Assembly: GCA_965655095.1 (NCBI GenBank)
Contig: OZ296655.1
Location: forward strand, 27,528,001 to 27,592,000
DNA from: Haplodiscus bocki
Lineage: Eukaryota
Length of the DNA: 64,000 bases
Reading direction: 5' to 3'
The position numbers were made by a program, and so were the translations under genes. Below the pieces are notes generated by a model. The model was not told the DNA's origin and made no database searches. It saw only the letters and a program-made list of their open reading frames with translations. Shown here one piece after another: positions 40,361-50,600 of this stretch (position 1 is its first letter; every line of letters begins with the position of its first letter).

Positions 40361-42668
40361 GTGATAGTTTTGACTGATAACAAAAGCCTAACAAGTTTTT
40401 TTCAATCAAAATCACTCTATCCATCGCTTTGGAACTTTATGGATAGAGTAATTGCGTATAACATAGTATTAGCGCATATTCCAGGAAAGGCGAATGCTGC
40501 AGCAGACTTTTTATCAAGAATGCAAACAGATCCTAATGAAAGTCTCGAACTTCAATTAGTAGATTCGATTCCGATGAAGCAATTAGAAATAAACATGAAA
40601 GCAAAAACACCTGATGTAGCAATGCTAGCAATAGAATCAGTTCAAGAAATTGAAGCAAAACCTGCTGTACCTAAAGACCTGATCGAAAAAATTCAATCTA
40701 ATGATGCGCTACAGCATTTGATTCCAAATTTGAACGAAATACTGAAATCAGCATCGAATGATCAGACACCCGAACTTTACGCTATAAAAAGAGCAACCGA
40801 AATAAACTCAATACAAGAAAAAGATCCGATGAATTTTTTTCAAGTGTCCAGCTTAAATTCAAAGGCATTAGATATTGAAACTGAGCAGAAAAAAGATCCT
40901 GTATTACGAAAGGTAATGACATGGATTGACACCGGATGCAATGATGATCTAACATATGCATCTCTTGAATTCAGAAAGTATTATAAACATCTCACGCGTC
41001 TACAAATGCAAAAAGGTATTTTGGTCCGTCAATTTTTCGATGACGTAGGAAAAATTTCACATTACCAAATATGTGTTGTGAAACATCTGAAGAAAGAAGT
41101 AGTCTACAGAATACATAACTCACCAACAGCGGGAAATCTTGGAATTGTTCGCACAGCGAAAGAGTTTAGACAGCGATTCTACTTTCCAGGATTCACAGAA
41201 TTCCTCACAGACTACATCAAAAATTGTCTGTCATATTCAACCCTGAAAAGAGTTTCCAAACGACAAATAAATCCACCTTTGCAGCCTATATCATCAGAGC
41301 AACTTTTACCTGGTGATATGATGCAAATTGATTCAGTTGGACCGTTCCAATCGCCTGTTTACAAATACGTCTTATCAGGCATAGATGTCTTTTCCAAATA
41401 CTTATTTGCAATACCCTTAACATCTGCACACGCTGGAGGCATTAGTTTCTATATTCTTTCAACATATTTATATCCCTACAACTATTTTGTCTGGTTTGGG
41501 AACGAGTTTTGCAAAATTGCTGCATGAACTCACTAACCTATTAGAAATTAAACTGCAACATGCTTCTTTGAAGCATCCACAATCAATCGGGGTAGTTGAA
41601 AGATCTCATTCTGCATTGAAGCGGATTCTGAAACTCAATACAGACGAAAAATGGACAACGTGGTACAAATATGTTGACCTAGCAACATTTATACTCAATA
41701 CTTCGTATCATTCATCTCTTGGATGCACACCTAGTTCTTTATTTCATGGACGAGAGCCTATTAAACCAATTGATTTGAGATTTAGAAGTCATACACTCGC
41801 TCAAAAAGAACTTACCTCAGACTATTTAGTCGATTTGCAGGATTCGTTACTGCAAAAGTTTTCGCATACCAAATCTCGTTTATTAGATGCTTATCATAAA
41901 TATCGAACCTACTATGCTAAAAAAGCAGCAGCAAAACTATTAGTACAAAAACAGCATTGCTTACTACTAAACCCTTCGTTATTGACACAAAGTGATTTTG
42001 CAGCCAAATCTTGCACTATATGGCTTTCATTATACAAAATTGAAAAAGTCTTGACAAAATCTAACTGCTTGATTAGAAAAATCGGTACACCGTACACGCA
42101 ATGTGTCCACCGCATACGACTAAGACCGATAACGCCTAATTATGACGTGGAAGATATCAATGTAACGATGCAAGCTTTCAAACCTGACCCTTCTTTGGGA
42201 AAATACCGTTCTGAACATGAAATTTTCGATGAAGCGCTTGAAAACTACCTAAATGAGGACATCGTTGAGATGCCAGAAGTTCCGACGACTGACAGTAACA
42301 GAACAGACGAAGTGCAACACACAATACGTGGTGTAATAACGCCAGCCACGACAGAACAGCCAGCGCCAGCTGGAACTGCAGAGCCAGCCGCAGTTATTGA
42401 AGAGGCAGACACAGTGCCCCCGTTCCCACCACCACCCGTACCTGGATCAGACGAAACCGCGCGATTGGACGACGAAAATTTTCCTGAACCTACTCACCTA
42501 AACGACCCGATCCAGATACAGGCCACAAGCTCTCAGCAATCTCCGACGACCGAACGAACCTATCCTACAAAAACTGACGAGGGAGCCGCATTGTCGACGG
42601 AAGATCCTACGCGTCATCAACGGATGACCAGACAGTCGCAAATACCTATTGCACCTCATAGTTCATAA
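40361..42668 (+). pseudogene. pol: pol part 3: RNase H C-terminus and integrase (frameshifted, catalytic and zinc residues mutated), low-complexity tail
   Basis: TDNKSL and HIPGKANAAADFLSR; decayed HHCC (HNSPTAGNLG...CLSY); core QIDSVGP, IDVFSKY, HPQSIGVVERSH and NTSYHSSLGCTP. There is a frameshift between ORFs 40361-41527 and 41487-42668. Confidence 0.92.
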
Positions 42669-42911
42669 ACAAAAACTCCGCCACGGCAGAGACTTAGATT
42701 CGATAGCTATGACCTTTTTTGGGACATTCTCACGAGAAGAGCACTAACTGAAGGTGGTTACTATAAATTTCTAAATCAGCAAGAATTAGAGCTCCCGCTA
42801 TCAAAGGAAGAAAAACGCAGAATATTAGTAAATACCGCACAGAAAACGAGACCTATTTCACAATCGGGGATCCCAGTTCCTAACATAAATAAGACACCAG
42901 AGAAGTCTATT

Positions 42912-43571
42912 TTGAAAAAACGATATCCCGAACGCTCTAATCGAGGACAGCCTCCTCCGTCTAACGACATTTATTCAGCTAGTTTTCAACTGAATATGTG
43001 CGCTAATTCAATTGAAAGCGTTGACCTTCCTGAAAATGTTCGAATTTTACAGGGAGACCTATTCCGAGACCAAACCGCAAATTTTGGACACTGTGTTTCA
43101 TCTGATTTGGCAATGTCAGCAGGAATCGCTACACAATTTGTGCGAATATACCCTGAATTGGAAAACTTACGCCCGCATTATCGAAATTTAAAGGCAGGAT
43201 CTCTAATTGCGCACCTTTCAAGCCAAAATGGCAATTGGATTTACAATTTGGTAACAAAAAATAAACGTTATGATAGACCGACTTATTTAAACTTACGAAA
43301 AAGTCTCTGTCGCATGAAACGTCATATGTTAACGTATGCAATCAAAGAAATCAACTTACCACAAATCGTGTGTGGACTTGATAAATTAGAATGGGCACGA
43401 GTTTTCAATATAATACTGTGCTTATTTGCCAATACTGATCTTCGGGTCAACATCTTCTTGCAGAAAGTTCACGTGAATTCCAACCTTGACAATACTCTTC
43501 TCGCGGAAGAATATCTGAACGACGAAAAACACGAATGGACATATTCCACATGGCTAATGCACGAAAATTAG
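42912..43571 (+). CDS. Macrodomain, TARG1/OARD1 (Poa1p-like) ADP-ribose glycohydrolase type, C-terminal extension of Pol
   Basis: GDLF...GHCVSSDLAMSAGIATQF...IYNLVTK...PTY.NLRKSL..MK.H......INLPQIVCGLDKLEW aligns motif by motif with TARG1 (GDLF, AHCISEDCRMGAGIAVLF, IYYLITK, PTYENLQKSL, MPRIGCGLDRLQW). It is in the same frame as 41487-42668 and open from 42669. Confidence 0.9.
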   Translation: MKKRYPERSNRGQPPPSNDIYSASFQLNMCANSIESVDLPENVRILQGDLFRDQTANFGHCVSSDLAMSAGIATQFVRIYPELENLRPHYRNLKAGSLIAHLSSQNGNWIYNLVTKNKRYDRPTYLNLRKSLCRMKRHMLTYAIKEINLPQIVCGLDKLEWARVFNIILCLFANTDLRVNIFLQKVHVNSNLDNTLLAEEYLNDEKHEWTYSTWLMHEN

Positions 43572-43992
43572 CTTTTGAAGGAAGCTCAAAACGCCTATTC
43601 ATTAACCGAAACGACCGCGCAATCGAGCTGAGGTCAATTAATTTTCAGCGACGTACTTAGAATACACAGCCCACCGATAATTGATGCAATTTTGATGTTG
43701 ACCGATCTTCACAAATCCGATACTTAGTGCGATCAACCGATTAGTTAGCAAATACCTTTATCAACTCTTTGGCGTCTTACTGTCTGATACAAGTGACTTC
43801 AATATTTACTTAAGATAAGAGTTCGCAGTACTAGCTGTCAATAAATTCTAATCAAAAATAGCCACTCAATACTTATCAGAAGTCAAATTAGAGTTCAAAT
43901 TTCAGAAATAAAGCCCTCATAGGTCAACTTACTGCCTTAGCAAAGCGTACAAGCTCCTCGGATTACATTCCATCACATTCAAAGGACTGAAA

Positions 43993-44298
43993 ATGAATAA
44001 CCTCTTTTGGGGCTATCAGCACCGTACTCTAACATGCGAGATATTCCATAATATCACGATTAGAAGAATTGAACATCGTGGACTAACTCCACCACGTCTT
44101 CGACTTTATACAGAGAGGTGGCACCACCAAATGCTGGTGTTTGATGAATTTAATGTCCTACCGCATACATTTGAATGGAGTGCACTGATTGACTCCGCCA
44201 GGCAATATGCTGATAGCGAAGAGCTGCAAAATTTTGCTGACTGGCTTATCACAGTCGAGCACCCACAAAGGCGCACATTTTTCTTCATGTTCTTGTAA
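43993..44298 (+). CDS. Small orphan protein, paralog 1 of 3 (101 aa)
   Basis: ATG ORF sharing M..L.W, C(E/D)(I/V), PP, P...(E/A)W..L...A...A and DW(L/M) with the two downstream ORFs. Confidence 0.65.
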   Translation: MNNLFWGYQHRTLTCEIFHNITIRRIEHRGLTPPRLRLYTERWHHQMLVFDEFNVLPHTFEWSALIDSARQYADSEELQNFADWLITVEHPQRRTFFFMFL

Positions 44299-44357
44299 CA
44301 TGACACCTGAACTCGCTTATTGATCTTGGATCAATCATCATTAATCTTATCAGCCTC

Positions 44358-44393
44358 TATAAAAACACAGATTTTCCACTTCTATCATCAGTC
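44358..44393 (+). promoter_or_regulatory. Candidate Pol II core promoter (TATA + Inr) for paralog 2
   Basis: TATAAAA at 44358-44364, TCAGTC at 44388-44393 (canonical ~30-bp spacing), then CACCATG with ATG at 44425. Confidence 0.5.
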
Positions 44394-44424
44394 TTAACTC
44401 AGTCATTCAACGTTAGATACCACC

Positions 44425-44706
44425 ATGAGTCGTTTATTTTGAAGAATTCCCATCACTAGATACACATGTGATATTCATGGCGTTCCTGTGGTTTGGAGAG
44501 CGACCCCTTCATACATCACCCCCCGAGTGGATTTCACAATCCGTTATTGGAGTCAAGGAGAACTCATATACAAAGATTTTACAATTTACCCGGAATCACC
44601 GGAATGGAGCACACTCATGAGTGCCGCTGCTCCCTACGCTCATGACTTCAACTTGGCTGAAGATCTCATGGACTGGATGAGCAGACAATTTCGAAGCCAT
44701 TTGTGA
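44425..44706 (+). pseudogene. Small orphan protein, paralog 2 of 3 (TGG>TGA at codon 6)
   Basis: Reads MSRLF*RIPITRYTCDIHGVPVVW..., in frame with ORF 44488-44706. The stop sits at the Trp conserved in paralogs 1 and 3. Confidence 0.65.
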
Positions 44707-45038
44707 ATTCAGATCATGACATCACTCCAGCTCATGATATCATAACCTTAATTACACTTATAGACAGAACTATCTTTTCATGAATATTCCCAGGAAAAAA
44801 AATAAAAAAACACCCAAACTTTTTCATTGAGTCACAATATCTGAGTTTTTAAAAATCCAATTTAGGAATTGTTCATTCATTAGGACAAAATATTTCTTTG
44901 ACATCAGTTTTGCTTGATGAAAAACAAACAAATTTGCAGTTAGACTTTCTAGAGACTATGAGAACGCTTGACAGCTCTCGTCATTGTTGCATTCTCCTGC
45001 GCGTATGCTAATATTTTCGAGCAGTTTCAGTTTTAAAA

Positions 45039-45347
45039 ATGCACCATTTAAATTGGCTTTATTCCCACGAATATTATGTTTGCGACGTTTTTGGGAGAGT
45101 TCAACTAGTCGGTATTAGCGGCGAATTTGGCTACCCCCCACTGATATTGACATTCCGCCGACGGAATTATGGCCATTTGTTGTATTGGCACGACCCTATA
45201 TTCCCTAACACCCCAGCTTGGAATGAGCTGATCGCATGCGCAGCCCGTAACGCGGAATCAGCCAGCCAAGATTCACTCGTCGACTGGCTAATTCACCTTG
45301 ACGTCTTTGCCATCCAATCCATGTCTTGGTATAATCAGAGCGAATGA
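45039..45347 (+). CDS. Small orphan protein, paralog 3 of 3 (102 aa)
   Basis: MHHLNW...CDVFG...YPPL...IFPNTPAWNELIACAARNA...LVDWL follows the same pattern as 43993-44298. Confidence 0.65.
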   Translation: MHHLNWLYSHEYYVCDVFGRVQLVGISGEFGYPPLILTFRRRNYGHLLYWHDPIFPNTPAWNELIACAARNAESASQDSLVDWLIHLDVFAIQSMSWYNQSE

Positions 45348-46308
45348 CTGTAATAACATTTTGAATGGTAACTTTAATTTTCTAATTCATTCTATCAGTA
45401 TAATTTTTCATTTTACACTTTCTCAAAATTGACCTTTTTTTTCCTTGTTTTCTCTTATATCGCACGAGACGCTATAAGGAATTTAATTGGAAAAAAAACT
45501 GACACTAATAAAATTGTCAGATGGTAACGGCAACCCCCTGAATACTTGCAGACGGACGTTTTCCGCTCTTTGACCTTGTAAAGTTTGGACAAACAAGACC
45601 ATCAACTTTGATATGTTTTAGTCTCAGTGACCATAACTTTTCCTCAATTTTGTGCTCGAAAATACAAAATCCGCCATGTACGATTTTTCGCCCTCCTGTT
45701 GGCCTTCTTTTGAAGCACCTTTTATGGCCTAATATTCGTCATACATATATAAAAAAACCGAGGCCATATTATCCTCCGACAACTCAGCGCCGAAGAGTCA
45801 TTTTTACCTGTTTTTTTTTCGGATAACAAACACTTCTTTTTCAACTTTTTGGCAGAAATTCAAAAATCCACCACCAAAGTTCGGTAGAGCTGGTGTTTGG
45901 CCGTTGATAGGTGGAGGATAGGATCCCTATCCTGACCTCTCTTCAAAGGGGACAAAAATTGAAAACACTGAGTTCTAACAAATTTCCTCTGAAAATCGCT
46001 GTTTTTCATTTCTTTATTCTGTTTTTTTTTTCTCAATGCTTCATGCGTTCGTTTTTTTTTCGGAACAAAAGAATTACTTGAACCATGTATTTACCAGTTG
46101 CATCCTCAGATTGCCACTTGCGACATGATAACAATCATGATACGGTGCTTAATTACCGTTTCTTCTTTATTTCACTCATAGCAGCCTGCTCCCAACCTGT
46201 TATAACACATTGCAACATACAATTAATACTAACGAAAATAGGGTGGAACACAGCATTACGTTGGGACCATTATAGACAAAGGACTCACGAACACTCTCTT
46301 AACGTTTT

Positions 46309-46821
46309 TCAATTCTTGCATGCGTGCAGCCTTCTTTTGCACTCTCGGGAGATTATTTGTTCTTCTTTGATGCCGTGATTTTCGACCTTTCTTGCCCCAC
46401 CAAAAATTTTTCCGTCCACTTTGAAACACTCCACATGTTGCCCAAGTTCTGTCTTACTCCGCCCAGTATCACGTAAATAATTAGATAGAGTAGTGTAGGT
46501 ACACGTGTGGACGGCCAAGAATTTTGTCTCTTTGCGCATTCCAGGGGAATAATAATTGAGCACTTGTCTTTGTCGCAGGTCATCCTCTACAAGCTTAGCT
46601 TCAAAGCCAGCGACAATAGCTGGCCCTTCAGAGAGCGTTATCACCGTATGAGCACATAAACCAGGTTGAATCATTAGTGAAGTCGGAGTAGTCACATAAA
46701 ACCTTACCTTATTTCGAACAGCATTAGTTGAAGGCCCTTTTAGTAGAAAGTTTACCAACGCTTTCGTACTTTGAAGGAGCTTCTCTAATAATCTCGAGTG
46801 ATACCCACGTTCAGCATTGAT
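46309..46821 (-). pseudogene. 5'-truncated ORF with a cupin/JmjC-like C-terminal motif, repeated in every array-2 unit
   Basis: TTPTSLMIQPGLCAHTVITLSEGPAIVAGFE resembles the JmjC/cupin 'PG..l.iP....H.V.T....i..G' strand. The frame stays open upstream of the called start (INAERGYHSRLLEKLLQSTKALVN) up to the junction at ~46821. Confidence 0.45.
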
Positions 46822-46845
46822 CGTGGGTATCCTACGATGTCACGT

Positions 46846-47682
46846 ATTATTTTGTGACATTGCTCAGTTCTAGGGCCGCTGAAGCTGACAATTCACCAAT
46901 ACATTTCCGAACTAACAATTGCAACTTGTCCGAAGGATGGATAGAACCTAATTTCCATTCAGTGTATCTTCTTTAAAAGACTTGAGGTAAGAATTCTTGA
47001 TCAGCTTGATCGGATCTTCCATGTTGACCATATTGTTGATCAATCCATGTAAATATTTTGCCTCCACTGCACTCTCAACAGGAGCAGTTTCATCATTTCG
47101 TGCTTCCACCGAAAAAAATAGCGGAGGTGTTGGTGTGCTTGCTGATTAACTGTGTTTCCTTGAAGCTTCATCTCATATGGATCCAGGAATTCTCGGAGGT
47201 AAGTATAGACTGGGATGGATGAACCACATATAGAAACAGGTCATAAGGAACTGCATACAGTTGGTTGTCGCACATGATAAGTAATAGGTTCTTGTGGAGC
47301 CACAATTTGTTTGAAAGACAATGATCACCGGATGGACATATCTGGTCGTACACCTGGATTAGATTCTTCAAATTCAATATCCCACATTTCAAATTGTATG
47401 CAATGGCTAGCTCCTGTGGGAATACTACGGGGTGTTTTTTGGGAGCAGGCACGTCACAGTTAGAATAAAAATTTTCAATTATGTTTGAGTCAGATCTATA
47501 GCAGAGCGGATCATGTCATGGAGCTCGTTGGCTCTGAAATCAGGCTCCTTGATCAGAGCATTCACTTTTTTCAATCGCTCCCGCTTGACTGAGGAAGGCA
47601 GATTTGCTTCTTTGGTGGAACGTACGATCTTCTTGAAGGTTGTCGGTGCATCAGATAGAGCGCGCTTGAACTGATTGGAGGG
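46846..47682 (-). pseudogene. L: ~0.84-kb internal fragment of the viral L pseudogene, present in each complete array-2 unit (9 copies)
   Basis: Near-identical to array-1 positions ~2236-3070 (from ATTTTGTGACATTGCTC to CTGATTGGAGGG); ORF MPAPKKHPVVFPQEL is shared. Confidence 0.93.
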
Positions 47683-50600
47683 AAAACCGAGGCCATTTTA
47701 TCCTCCGACAACTCAGCGCCGAGGAGTCATTTTTACCTGTTTTTCTTCGGATAACAAACACTTCTTTTTCAACTTTTTGGCAGAAATTCAAAAATCCACC
47801 ACCAAAGTTCGGTAGAGCTGGTGTTTGGCCGTTGATAGGTGGAGGATAGGATCCCTATCCTGACCTCTCTTCAAAGGGAACAAAAATTGAAAACACTGAG
47901 TTCTAACAAATTTCCTCTGAAAATCGCTGTTTTTCATTTCTTTATTCTGTTTTTTTTTCTCAATGCTTCATGCGTTCGTTTTTTTTCGGAACACGAGAAT
48001 TACTTGAACCATGTATTTACCAGTTACATCCTCAGATTGCCACTTGCGACATGATAACAACCATGATACGGTGCTTAATTACCGTTTCTTCTTTATTTCA
48101 CTCATAGCAGCCTGCTCCCAACCTGTCATAACACATTGCAACATACAATTAATACTCACAAAAATAGGGTGGAACACAGCATTACGTGAAGACCAGTATA
48201 GACAAAGGACTCACGAACACTCTCTTAACTTTTTTAAATTCTTGCATGCGTGCAGCCTTCTTTTGCACTCTCGGGAGATTATTTGTTCTTCTTTGATGCC
48301 GTGATTTTCGACCTTTCTTGCCCCACCAAAAGTTTTTCCGTCCACTTTGAAACACTCCACATGTTGCCCAAGTTCTGTCTTACTCCGCCCAGTATCACGT
48401 AAATAATTAGATAGAGTAGTGTAGGTACACGTTTGGACGGCCAAGAATTTTGTCTCTTTGCGCATACCAGGGGAATATTAATTGAGCACTTGTCTTTTTC
48501 GCAGGTCATCCTCTACAAGCTTAGCTTCAAAGCCAGCGACAATAGCTGGCCCTTCAGAGAGCGTTATCACCGTATGAGCACATAAACCAGGTTGAATCAT
48601 TAGTGAAGTCGGAGTAGTCACATAAAACCTTACCTTATTTCGAACAGCATTAGTTGAAGGCCCTTTTAGTAGAAAGTTTACCAACGCTTTCGTACTTTGA
48701 AGGAGCTTCTCTAATAATCTCGAGTGATACCCACGTTCAGCATTGATCGTGGGTATCCTACGATGTCACGTAGGATTTTGTGACATTGCTCAGTTCTAGG
48801 GCCGCTGAAGCTGACAATTCACCAATACATTTCCGAACTAACAATTGCAACTTGTCCGAAGGATGGATAGAACCTAATTTCCATTCAGTGTATCTTCTTT
48901 AAAAGACTTGAGGTAAGAATTCTTGATCAGCTTGATCGGATCTTCCATGTTGTCCATATTGTTGATCAATCCATGTAAATATTTTGCCTCCACTGCACTC
49001 TCAACAGGAGCAGTTTCATCATTTCGTGCTTCCACCGAAAAAAATAGCGGAGGTGTTGGTGTGCTTGCTGATTAACTGTGTTTCCTTGAAGCTTCATCTC
49101 ATATGGATCCAGGAATTCTCGGAGGTAAGTATAGACTGGGATGGATGAACCACATATAGAAACAGGTCATAAGGAACTGCATACAGTTGGTTGTCGCACA
49201 TGATAAGTAATAGGTTCTTGTGGAGCCACAATTTGTTTGAAAGACAATGATCACCGGATGGACATATCTGGTCGTACACCTGGATTAGATTCTTCAAATT
49301 CAATATCCCACATTTCAAATTGTATGCAATGGCTAGCTCCTGTGGGAATACTACGGGGTGTTTTTTGGGAGCAGGCACGTCACAGTTAGAATAAAAGTTT
49401 TCAATTATGTTTGAGTCAGATCTATAGCAGAGCGGATCATGTCATGGAGCTCGTTGGCTCTGAAATCAGGCTCCTTGATCAGAGCATTCACTTTTTTCAA
49501 TCGCTCCCGCTTGACTGAGGAAGGCAGATTTGCTTCTTTGGTGGAACGTATGATCTTCTTGAAGGTTGTCGGTGCATCAGATAGAGCGCGCTTGAACTGA
49601 TTGGAGGGAAAACCGAGGCCATTTTATCCTCCGACAACTCAGCGCCGAGGAGTCATTTTTACCTGTTTTTCTTCGGATAACAAACACTTCTTTTTCAACT
49701 TTTTGGCAGAAATTCAAAAATCCACCACCAAAGTTCGGTAGAGCTGGTGTTTGGCCGTTGATAGGTGGAGGATAGGATCCCTATCCTGACCTCTCTTCAA
49801 AGGGAACAAAAATTGAAAACACTGAGTTCTAACAAATTTCCTCTGAAAATCGCTGTTTTTCATTTCTTTATTCTGTTTTTTTTCTCAATGCTTCATGCGT
49901 TCGTTTTTTTTCGGAACACGAGAATTACTTGAACCATGTATTTACCAGTTACATCCTCAGATTGCCACTTGCGACATGATAACAACCATGATACGGTGCT
50001 TAATTACCGTTTCTTCTTTATTTCACTCATAGCAGCCTGCTCCCAACCTGTCATAACACATTGCAACATACAATTAATACTCACAAAAATAGGGTGGAAC
50101 ACAGCATTACGTGAAGACCAGTATAGACAAAGGACTCACGAACACTCTCTTAACTTTTTTAAATTCTTGCATGCGTGCAGCCTTCTTTTGCACTCTCGGG
50201 AGATTATTTGTTCTTCTTTGATGCCGTGATTTTCGACCTTTCTTGCCCCACCAAAAGTTTTTCCGTCCACTTTGAAACACTCCACATGTTGCCCAAGTTC
50301 TGTCTTACTCCGCCCAGTATCACGTAAATAATTAGATAGAGTAGTGTAGGTACACGTTTGGACGGCCAAGAATTTTGTCTCTTTGCGCATACCAGGGGAA
50401 TATTAATTGAGCACTTGTCTTTTTCGCAGGTCATCCTCTACAAGCTTAGCTTCAAAGCCAGCGACAATAGCTGGCCCTTCAGAGAGCGTTATCACCGTAT
50501 GAGCACATAAACCAGGTTGAATCATTAGTGAAGTCGGAGTAGTCACATAAAACCTTACCTTATTTCGAACAGCATTAGTTGAAGGCCCTTTTAGTAGAAA

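Larger units (their letters stand above)
35697..45753 (+). mobile_element. Degenerate Ty3/Gypsy (Metaviridae) LTR retrotransposon, 3' LTR missing
   Basis: Starts with TGTAAC at the break in array 1, followed by a PBS, gag, and pol in PR-RT-RH-IN order (Gypsy order). Multiple stops and frameshifts are present. The 3' boundary is uncertain because the sequence runs into array 2. Confidence 0.93.

Noticed and set aside
35697-43571. Assigning host species or exact virus family
   Set aside because: Motifs support only class-level viral placement and a Gypsy superfamily call; finer assignment needs database searches that could not be run.
43993-45347. env gene of an errantivirus-like element
   Set aside because: The ORFs are short and mutually paralogous, with no evident signal peptide, furin site or transmembrane anchor.
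45754-46821. Repeated non-viral segment as the 3' LTR
   Set aside because: No similarity to 35697-36190, no TG...CA ends, and it contains a truncated coding frame.
46309-47682. In-frame viral L / cupin-like fusion protein across the array-2 junction
   Set aside because: The L frame stops at TAG within the junction insert, the cupin frame is shifted by one base and has a TGA there, and the L piece is itself frameshifted.
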